From assembly GCA_965116885.1 (NCBI GenBank), contig OZ220741.1:3158932-3222931 (forward strand): a stretch of 64,000 nt of DNA, given 5' to 3'. A program made the translations under genes and the position numbers. Below, piece after piece: positions 26,551 to 36,561 of this stretch. The stretch is from Candidatus Latescibacterota bacterium. Lineage in GTDB: Bacteria; Latescibacterota; UBA2968. The number at the start of each line of letters is the position of its first letter. Position 1 is the first letter of the stretch. The notes beneath the pieces were generated by a model. It had not been told where the DNA came from. It was given only the letters and a program-made list of their open reading frames with translations, and did no database searches.

Positions 26551-27900
26551 CTAAGCGCATTCAGCGCACATTTTGTCGCATCGTCGTCTCAGTCGGTTGA
26601 GTTGATCTGAGGATCTGGGATCTCTCGCGAGATTAAAGGATTCGTGGGGGTCCTTGCGGAGATCGTAGAGTTCCTCATAGACGGGCTGTTGCTCGTAGTA
26701 GCGAATGTATTTCCAGCGTTTTGTGCGTATGCCTTCGCTCTTGGGGATGTCGGCACGATGGAACCGGTGTTCGCAGAAGAACGCTTTTCGCCAGTCAACT
26801 TTCTCGTCGCGCAACAATGGAACAAGAGATTTGCCCTGCATTTTGTCCGAGGCGTCCAGATTCGCCAGTTCGAGGATGGTTGGTGCGATATCGATGTTTA
26901 GTGCTAATTCTTCGCGGATGAGACTCCGGTTGTCCTCGGCATCTCTTGGATCGAAGACAATAAGGGGAATGCGGATCGACTGTTCGTTCAACTGCCAGCA
27001 GTCGCTGAGTCCGCGATCTCCATAGTACATCCCATGGTCAGATGCGAAGATTACGACTGTGTTGTCGGATAATGACAGTTGATCCATCGCCTCGAGAATC
27101 CTGCCGATGTTCCGATCCACACCGCTCACCATTCGGTACAGCCCTCGCATGTTTCTCTGATAGTCCTCAGATGTCGAATAGCGCTTTTGCCATCGTGCGC
27201 GACTTTCCGTTTCGCGAAGAAATTTTGGCAACTGTCGGAAAAAGTCGGGATGGGCGTTGAATGGCTCTGGTATTTGCGTCTCTGTGTAGAGGGGATTTTC
27301 TGTAGCGGGCCAAATGTAGTAGCGCGGATCATTGTCCTGCGCGTGCGGCGCGTTGAAACTGATGGAGAGACAAAATGGCTGGCCGGGATAATCTGATTGA
27401 TGTGTGCGTAGGAAGTCGATCGTTTTGTCCCCTGTAATGTCGGTCAGGTGGCGCACACTGCCATCGGGCTGTCTGATTTCATACCCTTCTTCAGTCCAGT
27501 GTTCGTAGTTTTCGAATACGTCAAACATCTTTTCCACTGTATCCTCGTCCTGCAGAGAAGGGGCGATTCCGTTGGTGGCAATGCCGAATTTGCCGATTAG
27601 CCCTGTGCGATAACCCGCCATTTTAAGAGTAGCAGGGTAGGAGATGTCGGTGTATGCGCTTTGAAGGGGTGGTGTGAGGAAGGTGAATCGGTGGCGTTTT
27701 TCATAGGTGCCCGTGAGATAGCTGGCCCGGCTTGCGGCGCAGATTGGACTTGTGCAGAATGCGTTTTCGAACCGCACACCGCTTGCGGCAAGCCGATCTA
27801 TGTTTGGGGTTTTGATGATTGGATTGCCAGCGCAGCCGAGCAGGTCATTGCGCTGGTTGTCGGTCAGGAGGAAGAGGATGTTCGGAGGAGGTGCCCTCAC
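26551..27900 (-). CDS. Sulfatase (arylsulfatase-like) with non-canonical C-A-A-S-R active-site motif
   Basis: ILFLLTDNQRND is followed by FCTSPICAASRASYLTG. There is no signal peptide. The start overlaps the stop of the upstream Gfo/Idh/MocA gene. Confidence 0.85.
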   Translation of the reverse strand: MRAPPPNILFLLTDNQRNDLLGCAGNPIIKTPNIDRLAASGVRFENAFCTSPICAASRASYLTGTYEKRHRFTFLTPPLQSAYTDISYPATLKMAGYRTGLIGKFGIATNGIAPSLQDEDTVEKMFDVFENYEHWTEEGYEIRQPDGSVRHLTDITGDKTIDFLRTHQSDYPGQPFCLSISFNAPHAQDNDPRYYIWPATENPLYTETQIPEPFNAHPDFFRQLPKFLRETESRARWQKRYSTSEDYQRNMRGLYRMVSGVDRNIGRILEAMDQLSLSDNTVVIFASDHGMYYGDRGLSDCWQLNEQSIRIPLIVFDPRDAEDNRSLIREELALNIDIAPTILELANLDASDKMQGKSLVPLLRDEKVDWRKAFFCEHRFHRADIPKSEGIRTKRWKYIRYYEQQPVYEELYDLRKDPHESFNLARDPRSSDQLNRLRRRCDKMCAECA

Positions 27901-28967
27901 ATCTCACTCAATTCAATGCGTTGACCGGTGTCATTTGACCTGTATGCCGCTTCAATGATCCTGGCGACTTTTAAGGCGTCTTCTCCAGAGGTTGGGGCCG
28001 TACCTTTACCGGCAGTAGATCGAATAAAGTCATCTAAAAAAGCGATTCCATAAGCCCCGCCATAAGCATCGACTTCGGGTAGCGTGTAATCAAAGGTTCG
28101 CTGAGATGCCGTGTGCCAGCCTTCTGCAACGCTTTCGAGATACAATTCTGAGGGACCGCCCGAGGGCGTCCAGAACACGCGGCCCTCGTGACCGCGAAAT
28201 CCCATATACGTATCGTAATTCGGCCCCATATAACCCGCGCCACTTATTGATAGTTGATAACCGGCTTGCATGCTGCCCAGCGCGCCATTGGAAAACCGAA
28301 AGGATAGAGACGCCACATCTTCTACATCGATGTCTTCGCCGCTGAGTGTATCGACAACGGCAGAAACGGAGACGATGTCCGCATCCATGACATAGCACAG
28401 CAGGTCGATATAATGACACCCCAGCCACGACAAAATGCCGCCGCCAGAAATCGACCGATCAAATAGCCAGTGTTTGGGGTTGCGAAATTTTACCTGTGAT
28501 GTGACCATCCGGGACTCACAAGATGTCACCTGACCTATTGCACCGCCTTGCACGAGTCTTCGCGCTTCACAAGCGGTGGGGTGATAGCGATTCTGATACA
28601 TAACGCCCAGTTGTACGCCCGCTTTTGCGGCGCCATCCACGACCCGAGAAACAGTGGCAACCGAAGCACCGATGGGTTTTTCACTGATGACGTGAATGCC
28701 CTGCTCGAACAAGCGGAGACAAAGGTCGGGATTCTGGTCGTTTTGGGCGCAGGCTACACCAAAGGCTATATTTTTAGTGCCTAAAAGTACGCTGAGATCG
28801 GAATAAGTACCTGCGACTTTATCTGTTGAATTAAAGCTGTTCAGAGCCGAGGGGTCGGTGTCATACAGAATAATTTCATCTACCAGTGTAGAAGCCTGCA
28901 AGGTCTTGAAATGGGCTTCTGAATGGGGATGTGTCAGGCCAAATAAGCCAGCGCGAACGGGTTGCAT
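27897..28967 (-). CDS. Gfo/Idh/MocA family NAD(P)-dependent oxidoreductase
   Basis: The N-terminal Rossmann fold GLFGLTHPHSEAH… and the C-terminal Gfo/Idh/MocA alpha/beta domain are present. The start was chosen at MQPVRAG, with an AGAGGA SD. Confidence 0.8.
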   Translation of the reverse strand: MQPVRAGLFGLTHPHSEAHFKTLQASTLVDEIILYDTDPSALNSFNSTDKVAGTYSDLSVLLGTKNIAFGVACAQNDQNPDLCLRLFEQGIHVISEKPIGASVATVSRVVDGAAKAGVQLGVMYQNRYHPTACEARRLVQGGAIGQVTSCESRMVTSQVKFRNPKHWLFDRSISGGGILSWLGCHYIDLLCYVMDADIVSVSAVVDTLSGEDIDVEDVASLSFRFSNGALGSMQAGYQLSISGAGYMGPNYDTYMGFRGHEGRVFWTPSGGPSELYLESVAEGWHTASQRTFDYTLPEVDAYGGAYGIAFLDDFIRSTAGKGTAPTSGEDALKVARIIEAAYRSNDTGQRIELSEM

Positions 28968-28978
28968 TAGATTATCCT

Positions 28979-29788
28979 CTATAAATATGGCAGTACTTCG
29001 CGCTTGAGCGCGTTGAGATATGTCCATTCTTCACCGGGGTCCTGGAAGATCAATGTGTAATATCCCGAGAAATTGGCTTTGCGCGTCAAGTCCAGACAGG
29101 TGAGGAATTGGTCTCGCAACATGATCCCATCTTCGTAATCCGCTTTGGTATGGATCGTATCTGCGAATGGCAAAACTTTTGTGAGGTCGCCCAGCTTGTG
29201 TTCCCCTTTGAAGTTGCCAAAATCAGTACACAGTCCGATTTTTCCCTCGCATTTGTCCAAAATATCCAGCAGAGGAGCCGCGCGCTGGGTCAGCCGTTTG
29301 AAATTCTCGGTCATGACACGTATGCCACAATCGCGCGCATAGTCCGACAATTGCAGGAGATTTTGCGCGCTGAGTGCTATGGATTCCGGATCTGGATCTG
29401 CTTCGCCGGCGATTACGCGCACATTCGCTGCGCCACAGGCAGATGCGATGTCGATCCATCTTCGAATTTCTGCCAAATCCTTTTCCCTCTGTTCGGGATC
29501 GGGATGTGTAATATCCCAGGCGTCGATCAAGATGCTGTAAAGCGATACGCCGTGTCTGTCCAGTTCTGAGCGCAGGTCTGCTATAAATGCATCATCTGTT
29601 GTGGGAAAATGAAAATGGCAGATTTCCAAATGTCCAATGCCATGCGATGCTATTTCGCGGGGAACATTGAGTAGCTGTATGCGTCCCCCATGGCCATTTC
29701 GGTTCACAAATCCATCGGGCGTGCGATCGTACCACGCCTTGCCCAATGCGCGGTGTAAACTCCAGGTGGAAATAGATAATTCTGGCAT
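28979..29788 (-). CDS. Xylose-isomerase-like TIM-barrel protein (sugar phosphate isomerase/epimerase family)
   Basis: The 269-aa length and AP-endonuclease-2/xylose-isomerase-like TIM-barrel signature regions (…HLEICHFHFP…, …GLCTDFGNF…) fit this family. Confidence 0.75.
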   Translation of the reverse strand: MPELSISTWSLHRALGKAWYDRTPDGFVNRNGHGGRIQLLNVPREIASHGIGHLEICHFHFPTTDDAFIADLRSELDRHGVSLYSILIDAWDITHPDPEQREKDLAEIRRWIDIASACGAANVRVIAGEADPDPESIALSAQNLLQLSDYARDCGIRVMTENFKRLTQRAAPLLDILDKCEGKIGLCTDFGNFKGEHKLGDLTKVLPFADTIHTKADYEDGIMLRDQFLTCLDLTRKANFSGYYTLIFQDPGEEWTYLNALKREVLPYL

Positions 29789-29835
29789 GTTGTAATCTCC
29801 AGTGGTCAGTCGAGAAGAAGGCAGGTTTTCACATT

Positions 29836-30894
29836 TTACGTCTTGCAGCCCACTTTTTCAGCCAACTGGCAGATCGCCTGTGCGGCTTCGTCAACATCGG
29901 ATTTGGAGATGCCGATGTGTGGGATCAATCTTATCAGGTGTGTGCCGATGACGCTTACGCGTATGCCGTATTCGGCGAGCAATTGGTCGCCAAAATCGCT
30001 CGCGGGAATGCCCAATTGAGTCACGTCAAAGCGCACCATATTGGTTTCTACGCCTTCGACATCGATCCCAATTCCGGGTGCTTTTGCAATGCCTTTTGCC
30101 AGGCGTTTTGCATTGGCGTGATCTTCTGCCATTCGTTCGACGTTGTGTTCTAATGCGTAAATACCCGCAGCGGCAATGATGCCGGCCTGTCGCATGGCGC
30201 CTCCGATACGCTGTTTCCACTGCCAGGCATTGAGAATAAAATCCGAAGGTCCCGCCAGCACAGCTCCCACTGGCGCGCCCAGGCCCTTGCTCAGATCTAT
30301 CCACAGGGTGTCAAAAGACTCGGCGTACGCTTTTGGTGCAATGCCAGTTGCAACTGTTGCATTCAGGAGCCGTGCGCCATCCATGTGCGTTAGAGCACCT
30401 TTTTCATGCGCCATATCGCACACTGCGCGTATGTGTTCGAGGGGCCATATACGTCCCCCTGGCATATTTGTGGTTTGTTCGGCACAGACGAGGCGGAAGG
30501 GCGGTCTGTATCGCGTTGACGGCACCATAACCTCTGCCATTTGCTCGGGTGTAAACATGCCATTTTTCCCATCGATGGGATACAGCGTTGCGCGAGCGAG
30601 CACCGCTGCCCCGCCTGCTTCTGATATGAGCGGGTGTGCAGTGCGATCCACTAAAATGAGATCTCCTGCGCGGCAGTGAACCGCATAAGAAATCTGGTTG
30701 CACATGGTTCCCGATGGCAAAAAAAGAGCCGCCTCTTTGCCCAGCATCTCGGCGACCATATCCTGTAGGGCGTTCACCGACGGGTCTTCGCCCTTTTGCT
30801 CATCACCCACTTCTGCCCGACACATAAACTCGCGCATCGCTTGCGTTGGCACGGTGGATGTATCGCTGTAAAGATCAATTTTAATGTCAGTCAT
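29836..30894 (-). CDS. Low-specificity L-threonine aldolase family PLP enzyme
   Basis: The beta-eliminating-lyase/threonine aldolase fold is indicated by the SGTMCNQ region and the PLP-lysine region …LSKGLGAPVGAV…. Confidence 0.7.
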   Translation of the reverse strand: MTDIKIDLYSDTSTVPTQAMREFMCRAEVGDEQKGEDPSVNALQDMVAEMLGKEAALFLPSGTMCNQISYAVHCRAGDLILVDRTAHPLISEAGGAAVLARATLYPIDGKNGMFTPEQMAEVMVPSTRYRPPFRLVCAEQTTNMPGGRIWPLEHIRAVCDMAHEKGALTHMDGARLLNATVATGIAPKAYAESFDTLWIDLSKGLGAPVGAVLAGPSDFILNAWQWKQRIGGAMRQAGIIAAAGIYALEHNVERMAEDHANAKRLAKGIAKAPGIGIDVEGVETNMVRFDVTQLGIPASDFGDQLLAEYGIRVSVIGTHLIRLIPHIGISKSDVDEAAQAICQLAEKVGCKT

Positions 30895-31872
30895 TTATCT
30901 GCTTTCTCCTGGGCCAGATTTGAAAAGATTCAGAAACCGATCTTCGTAAAATGGATAGAGGTTCCAACGGTCGAGTTCGGCTTTGAGTTCATTGGCTTTT
31001 TTGTGAAACTGGTCTGTTTTTTTCACTTCGCTAAACATCTTTTCAATGCGTTTCATAACGGACTGCGGCACTTTATCTTCTTCGATTTTTCCGCCTGGAA
31101 ATTCGTTTTCTGGAATATCGTCCATGTGGGAAAATGTCTTTTGGATCTGCATCTCAATATCTTCCATTGTGCCTTGCATCTTTTCGGCAGCATCGTCAAT
31201 TTCCGACATATCGACTGAAAAATTTAACAAATCTGCCAAAGTCAGCACAATTTCTTTTGAAGCTTTGGGATTGGGAATGGGGGCAGCATATTGCGGCATC
31301 GTTCCCAAAAAACAGGCCGCATTGAGTTCGCGTTTTTTGGCAAAGCCCAGCAACAGGCCATTAAGTCCCGAAACCATCCCTTCTTTCAATATCTCCACTC
31401 CGTGAGATGATAGCAAATCTCGAAATTCAGAGTTGTTCGCCACCCCCAGCACATGTGCGTCTTCTTTGTGGCTGGCCTGGGTGAGATAGGCCGCGCCTGT
31501 GAGGACCGTATCGATGCCTACCCGTTGCCCTACATCCAGGACTTTGTCCAGCAATTCATCGCCGGGTGCTCCGCCTATTTGCGCCTCGCTTTGAAAAATA
31601 ATCAAATCGTGTTCTTCCACTGCATAAAATATATGAGCAGGTGGATTGGGAAAGGTCGCGATCCCGTCTTCTACAATCATAGTTTCGGGCGGGAAGTGAG
31701 ATTGCATGTCTATTTCAGCGAATGCGAAGGCATCGAGTTTGCGCCGGATATAGTCAATGGCACCAATGCCAACGCTACCCATACCAGGCCACCCTGCAAG
31801 CAATACTGATGCCCGAAAAGAACGGGGCAATTCTTTCAATACGTTTAGTTTCATTTTCTGACCTTTCCACAA
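30895..31872 (-). CDS. PAC2-family (proteasome-assembly-chaperone-2-like, COG1938) protein
   Basis: The N-terminal LLAGWPGMGSVGIGAIDYI motif is typical of the PAC2 family. An acidic/lysine-rich C-terminal tail is also present. Confidence 0.45.
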   Translation of the reverse strand: MWKGQKMKLNVLKELPRSFRASVLLAGWPGMGSVGIGAIDYIRRKLDAFAFAEIDMQSHFPPETMIVEDGIATFPNPPAHIFYAVEEHDLIIFQSEAQIGGAPGDELLDKVLDVGQRVGIDTVLTGAAYLTQASHKEDAHVLGVANNSEFRDLLSSHGVEILKEGMVSGLNGLLLGFAKKRELNAACFLGTMPQYAAPIPNPKASKEIVLTLADLLNFSVDMSEIDDAAEKMQGTMEDIEMQIQKTFSHMDDIPENEFPGGKIEEDKVPQSVMKRIEKMFSEVKKTDQFHKKANELKAELDRWNLYPFYEDRFLNLFKSGPGESR

Positions 31873-31925
31873 GGAACAAAGTGTTTTAGAAATAATATCA
31901 AATTACAGGCTTGAACACAACTATA

Positions 31926-33017
31926 TCAATGCCCAGAATCCCATTTCTCAAGCGGATGAGAACGATCGGCGTTTGGAAAAATAACGCGTTGTCCAGAAAT
32001 TTGAGATGCGTACGCCCCGTGAATCATTTCCAGTGCCCAACGCGCATCTCGATCACTGGAAATGGGTGCGCGATCGCGTTCTATGGCGTCAATCAGGTCG
32101 ATAATGGCGCGATAATTTCCCGTCTCCTGCAAGTGATCACCTGCAAGGTCGAGCGCTCGCCACGTATGACCACCTCTCCAGGGGGACCACAGGCCATCTT
32201 CGTAAATGGATATTGCTTCCGCGCCTCCGCTTATGGCTATTCTCCCAGATTCTCCGACGAGTACCAGGCCATAGCCCTGTCCGTTTCCCGCCTGGTTGGC
32301 CCGCGAGACAAATGATCCATCCACGCCATTGGAAAAAGAAAACAGACTGACCACGCCATCGCCCGCAATTGCGCCAATTGGCTCTGTGGCTTCCCGCACA
32401 TCCTCGGGTGCGATTTCACGGTCACCGACGGTTACGCGCGCCGTCATCCACAGGGGATCGCCACCCAAAAAGCGCATCATGTTGAAGAGATGTGTTCCCA
32501 ATACCAGCATGTCTTCGCCGCCTCCCCGATGGTCTTGTTTTCCATACGCATGCATGGATAGGAGTTTTCCTATTCGATTCTCCCGTATTAAATCGCGCAC
32601 TTGATGTACTTGTCTGAGGTAAACTCCCTGATGCGCTACGGCAATTTTGCGGTTGTGTTGTTCGGCAGCAGCTACAATGCGGTCTGCGGACGCGAGGTCA
32701 CCTGCAAGTGGTTTTTCTGCATAGACATGGCACCCAGATTCGATACACGCTACGATCATTTCCTCGTGACAATCGACCCACCGGGGGCACACGCTAACGA
32801 TATCGAGGTCTTCTTTTTTTAGCATGTCGCGATAGTCCGCATACCCTCGCTGGGCTCCGGCATCTACAATTGCCTTTTCTCGTCCAGCTGCGTCTGGATC
32901 GGATACGGCGATCATATCCACGCAGTCGATTTTTTGATAGGGCACATGCAGGCCATGTCCAAAATTGCCCTGCCCGGTCCGACCGATAGCACCGGCGCGA
33001 TAGCGTTTTGCTGGCAT
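31926..33017 (-). CDS. Gfo/Idh/MocA family oxidoreductase
   Basis: The N-terminal Rossmann fold (AGAIGRTGQGNFG) and C-terminal Gfo/Idh/MocA domain are present. Confidence 0.8.
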   Translation of the reverse strand: MPAKRYRAGAIGRTGQGNFGHGLHVPYQKIDCVDMIAVSDPDAAGREKAIVDAGAQRGYADYRDMLKKEDLDIVSVCPRWVDCHEEMIVACIESGCHVYAEKPLAGDLASADRIVAAAEQHNRKIAVAHQGVYLRQVHQVRDLIRENRIGKLLSMHAYGKQDHRGGGEDMLVLGTHLFNMMRFLGGDPLWMTARVTVGDREIAPEDVREATEPIGAIAGDGVVSLFSFSNGVDGSFVSRANQAGNGQGYGLVLVGESGRIAISGGAEAISIYEDGLWSPWRGGHTWRALDLAGDHLQETGNYRAIIDLIDAIERDRAPISSDRDARWALEMIHGAYASQISGQRVIFPNADRSHPLEKWDSGH

Positions 33018-33028
33018 TATGACTCCTT

Positions 33029-34081
33029 TTAGGGTAAAAACACGACACCCAGTGCAGCGTTGGGATTCTGGATGAGTTCTTCACATGCTTCGGGTGCGTC
33101 ATCTAATGCAACCCGATGGGTGATGAGGGGGGCTACTTTTAAGTGTCCGGTATCCATGAAGCGTAAGCATTCCTCCAGGTTTCGCTTCGTTGTCCACTGC
33201 ATAAAAACGGGGGGATAATCCGCACCGTGTTCCCATTCTTCGTCGTGATAGCCCGGTCCCGTGCGTGCGGCACTGCGGACATCCAGATTGCCCAGCGCGG
33301 ATGCAAAGCCGTGTTCTATCCGGGCACCGCCCACAATGACAATGCGCCCCATAAGGTGCGTGTCGGGTGCTTTTTTGATCATTTTGCTAAGCGTGATAAA
33401 AGCCGGCGTGCCATCGCCACCAAAGGCAATTACACCACCATCAATCCCATATCCGCGTGCAAAAGTCTGCGATACTTCTACCGGGTCTTCCTCTGTGATA
33501 TTGACCTCGCGCAGTAAGCCACAGGTTGCGGCTTTTTTAAGACGCATGGGCAATTGGTCCAGGCCCATTACATAACATCCCGAAATGCGCGCCCACTGGC
33601 AGGTGAATTGTCCCACAAGTCCCAGGCCTGCCACGGCAATGTGTTCACTGAGTTGAAATGCGCCGCGCCGCACGGCATTTAAGGCGGTTGCGACCAGATG
33701 AATAGACGAGGCGTCTTCATCGCTGACGCCATCGGGAATGGGTACTGCCATATTGCGCGGTACACAGGCATGGGTCGCATGTTGGGCATATCCGCCCCCC
33801 ATACAGGCTACGCGCGTTCCAAGCGGTATGTCTTCACATCCCGCGCCTTGCGCCACGACCACGCCGGCATTGGAATACCCAAACGGGCGAGGTGCGGCAT
33901 CCGATGGGTTTTCTCGCCGCCTTTTCACCCCACCCAACTCCGTACCAGGGCTGACCATGCTCGCCGTGACTTCTATTTGAACCTGGCCTGGCTTTGGGGC
34001 TGCAATGGGTTCTTCGATGATCGAAATTCCGCCTTGACCGTCAATTGCCGCTACTTTTCGCATTGCCATTCGTGTCCTCAC
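33029..34081 (-). CDS. MDR-superfamily (alcohol-dehydrogenase-like) oxidoreductase lacking the classical catalytic-zinc Cys motif
   Basis: A GroES-like N-domain and a Rossmann C-domain (VAGLGLVGQ) are present, but the GxCGSD.H motif is replaced by SMVSPGTELGG. Confidence 0.7.
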   Translation of the reverse strand: MRTRMAMRKVAAIDGQGGISIIEEPIAAPKPGQVQIEVTASMVSPGTELGGVKRRRENPSDAAPRPFGYSNAGVVVAQGAGCEDIPLGTRVACMGGGYAQHATHACVPRNMAVPIPDGVSDEDASSIHLVATALNAVRRGAFQLSEHIAVAGLGLVGQFTCQWARISGCYVMGLDQLPMRLKKAATCGLLREVNITEEDPVEVSQTFARGYGIDGGVIAFGGDGTPAFITLSKMIKKAPDTHLMGRIVIVGGARIEHGFASALGNLDVRSAARTGPGYHDEEWEHGADYPPVFMQWTTKRNLEECLRFMDTGHLKVAPLITHRVALDDAPEACEELIQNPNAALGVVFLP

Positions 34082-34869
34082 ATTGCCACAATTTGTTTCA
34101 TGCGTTTTGCCATCTCAATTTGTATGTCTCGATCGCCACCTACTTCGTGGATGACATATCGGTCATAGCCAATATCCCGCAATCCTTTCATGACTTCTGC
34201 CCAATCTGTATCTCCATCCATCAGGGGGACAAAATCGCGTTGCTGACGAACAAAGTCCTTAAAATGTACCCGTTTAATGCGGTGTTGAAGCCCGCGAATC
34301 CAGTGCTCTGGATAGCCGTAAAACATCATATTGGCTGTATCGAGATAAATGCCGACCCAATCGTTGCCCACGGCATCGACAAACTCGCGCGCTTCTTTCG
34401 GGTTGAGTAAGAACTTATTCCACACATTCTCTATGCCAACTGCAACGCCTTTTTCCTCGGCATAAGGGACGATTTCTTTCATCGAGACCAGAAAATCATC
34501 CCAGGCGTCTTCATAGGTGCCATCAACCGGGAGCTGGCCCGGATGGAGTAAGACCGCGTCGGTTTCGACCAGATGCGCCACATCAATGGCGCGGCGCAAG
34601 CTCTTCATGCCAGCTTCGCGCTCTGCCGGATCGCGGCTGAGAAAATTGCCCCGATTATCATATCTGGCAATCGCACTGCTGATTTCAATGCCCGCGTTGT
34701 CACACCGCGTTTTGACACCGCGGACCTCGTCGTCACTCATATCTACATTAGGATCGCCTTCTGGTGAAAATACCAGTTCGAGTGCTTCGTAACCCGCATC
34801 GCGGCACAATTGCAATGTTTCATCCAGTGTCAGCTTTCCCAGGATAATTTGTGTCACTCCTATTTTCAT
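34078..34869 (-). CDS. Xylose-isomerase-like TIM-barrel protein (sugar phosphate isomerase/epimerase family)
   Basis: 263 aa with a TIM-barrel signature. Its stop overlaps the start of the MDR gene. Confidence 0.75.
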   Translation of the reverse strand: MKIGVTQIILGKLTLDETLQLCRDAGYEALELVFSPEGDPNVDMSDDEVRGVKTRCDNAGIEISSAIARYDNRGNFLSRDPAEREAGMKSLRRAIDVAHLVETDAVLLHPGQLPVDGTYEDAWDDFLVSMKEIVPYAEEKGVAVGIENVWNKFLLNPKEAREFVDAVGNDWVGIYLDTANMMFYGYPEHWIRGLQHRIKRVHFKDFVRQQRDFVPLMDGDTDWAEVMKGLRDIGYDRYVIHEVGGDRDIQIEMAKRMKQIVAM

Positions 34870-34881
34870 CGCGTGTCTCCA

Positions 34882-36561
34882 CTAGATTGGGTTGTGTGTT
34901 TCGGGGGTATTTGCGCCTCTGTTTTGCAACTCTTCGGCGATTTCTTCCATCAGAACAGCCAGTTCAAGGACATTTTCGCTCGTGACTGAGCCAAGAAATA
35001 CACCTGTGTCTCCATCTGTGATTGGGATTACGGACAACGAATGATCCGTCATGCGCTTGAGCACGTCTTCAATTGGCTCATCGGGCTGAGCCTGCGGCAA
35101 ATCTGTGCGCAACACAGTGCCCAGGCTCAGGTTTGCCCGCAAACGCGAGGACATTGCCTGCAGGCGGGGAAGCGAGACGATCCCTACAACCTCGCCGCGA
35201 TCAACCACGAGATAATCCCGTTGATTTGGCACGGGCCAATCATTAATAAAATCCTCTGCCGAGAGCGTAGAATTGGGATATGTGCGCGTGCTGTCCATGA
35301 CGTGGTTGACGGTAATATCCTGCATTGCGCGGCGGGCAAAAGAAAGCGGTACAGATTTCGGTAGCTTAGGTTGGTGCGTTTTCTTGGCTTTGTTGATCGC
35401 CAAGTTGATTGCTTGCGGCATCAGCATAATATAGCCGAACATCATGAGCACGAATAGCGAAAAGACATCCTTGCCGATTACGCCGTTCTCGAAGAGGACG
35501 AGGAGGAGGGCGATTTCCGCCACGCCCTTTGCCATCAATCCCGTGGCCTGGGCAAAGGGATTGTCCAGACGCGCCATATAGGTACCGATAACGGCACCGG
35601 CGAATTTGCCCAGAGACGGGAACACGACCAACGTCGCGATGGTCGCGATTGGCAAGGTCAGAAAAGAAAGATCCAGGTGCAAACCGGCCGAAGCGAAAAA
35701 GAGCGGGACAAACAAGCCCTCTGCCGCGCTTCGCAAACCGGGCAGGACGTCTTCGTGGACCTGACGGGGCATACTCGACAGGGCCGTGCCGAAAAGCAGC
35801 GCTCCAATGGAGCCGTGCAGGTGGAGATGTTCGGCACCCACTACCATTAAGAAAAGGCTGCCGATCAGCAGCCCAAACGACAGTTCGGGTACATTTAAGA
35901 CCTTCTGCAAGAAGACAATCGCATGGGGCAGTAGTCGCGCCGATATGAACCAGGCCACCACTGCAAAACTCGTCATTTGTATCAGCAGCAAGAGCACGCT
36001 GGCAACACTCAGTTCGTATTCGTGCGTGCCAATTTCGCTGATGGAGAACCCGACCACGAGGAGGGCGATCAATTCGGCGATGATGACTGTGGTGAATATC
36101 TCGAGGCCGATAGGTTCTTTGAAATGTCCTTTGTCGGCGAACACCTTTGCCACAAGCCCCAGGCTGGACAGCGAGAGAATGCCAGCCAGTGCCAGTGCCT
36201 CTGTGAAATTGAGGTTGAGGGCAAAGCTGATGTTGAATAGGTTTGATGTGAACACCAAAGCGACGATGAGTGAGATGAGCACCGACACGGTGGCCGCGAC
36301 AAAGAACCGTCCGCGAATCGTTGCCACAAAACTGGGGATGTCGATTTCATCGAGGCCGACTAAAAAGAAGAAGACGAAGATGCCGATGCCCAAGAACGTC
36401 TGGAGTTCTGGCGTTGGTTCGACGATATTTGTGATGGGGCCGAGCAAGGTGCCCGTGATTGTATAGGCGACGATTGAATTTAAGCCAAAACGGTTAAACA
36501 GACCCTCGAAAATTTTGCATACGACAATGAGCAGGCCAAGGGGTAGCAGGGCGTCAATCAT
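34882..36561 (-). CDS. Cation:proton antiporter (CPA family) with C-terminal tandem CBS domains
   Basis: About 12 TM segments (…GLDEIDIP…) are followed by two CBS-like segments (…TVNHVMDSTRTYP…VVDRGEVVGIVS… and …SVIPITDGDTGVFLGSVTSENV…). Confidence 0.75.
   Translation of the reverse strand: MIDALLPLGLLIVVCKIFEGLFNRFGLNSIVAYTITGTLLGPITNIVEPTPELQTFLGIGIFVFFFLVGLDEIDIPSFVATIRGRFFVAATVSVLISLIVALVFTSNLFNISFALNLNFTEALALAGILSLSSLGLVAKVFADKGHFKEPIGLEIFTTVIIAELIALLVVGFSISEIGTHEYELSVASVLLLLIQMTSFAVVAWFISARLLPHAIVFLQKVLNVPELSFGLLIGSLFLMVVGAEHLHLHGSIGALLFGTALSSMPRQVHEDVLPGLRSAAEGLFVPLFFASAGLHLDLSFLTLPIATIATLVVFPSLGKFAGAVIGTYMARLDNPFAQATGLMAKGVAEIALLLVLFENGVIGKDVFSLFVLMMFGYIMLMPQAINLAINKAKKTHQPKLPKSVPLSFARRAMQDITVNHVMDSTRTYPNSTLSAEDFINDWPVPNQRDYLVVDRGEVVGIVSLPRLQAMSSRLRANLSLGTVLRTDLPQAQPDEPIEDVLKRMTDHSLSVIPITDGDTGVFLGSVTSENVLELAVLMEEIAEELQNRGANTPETHNPI

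Noticed and set aside
35786-36466. 226-aa plus-strand ORF
   Set aside because: It is antisense to the CBS-domain cation/proton antiporter, whose 12-TM product is far better supported.
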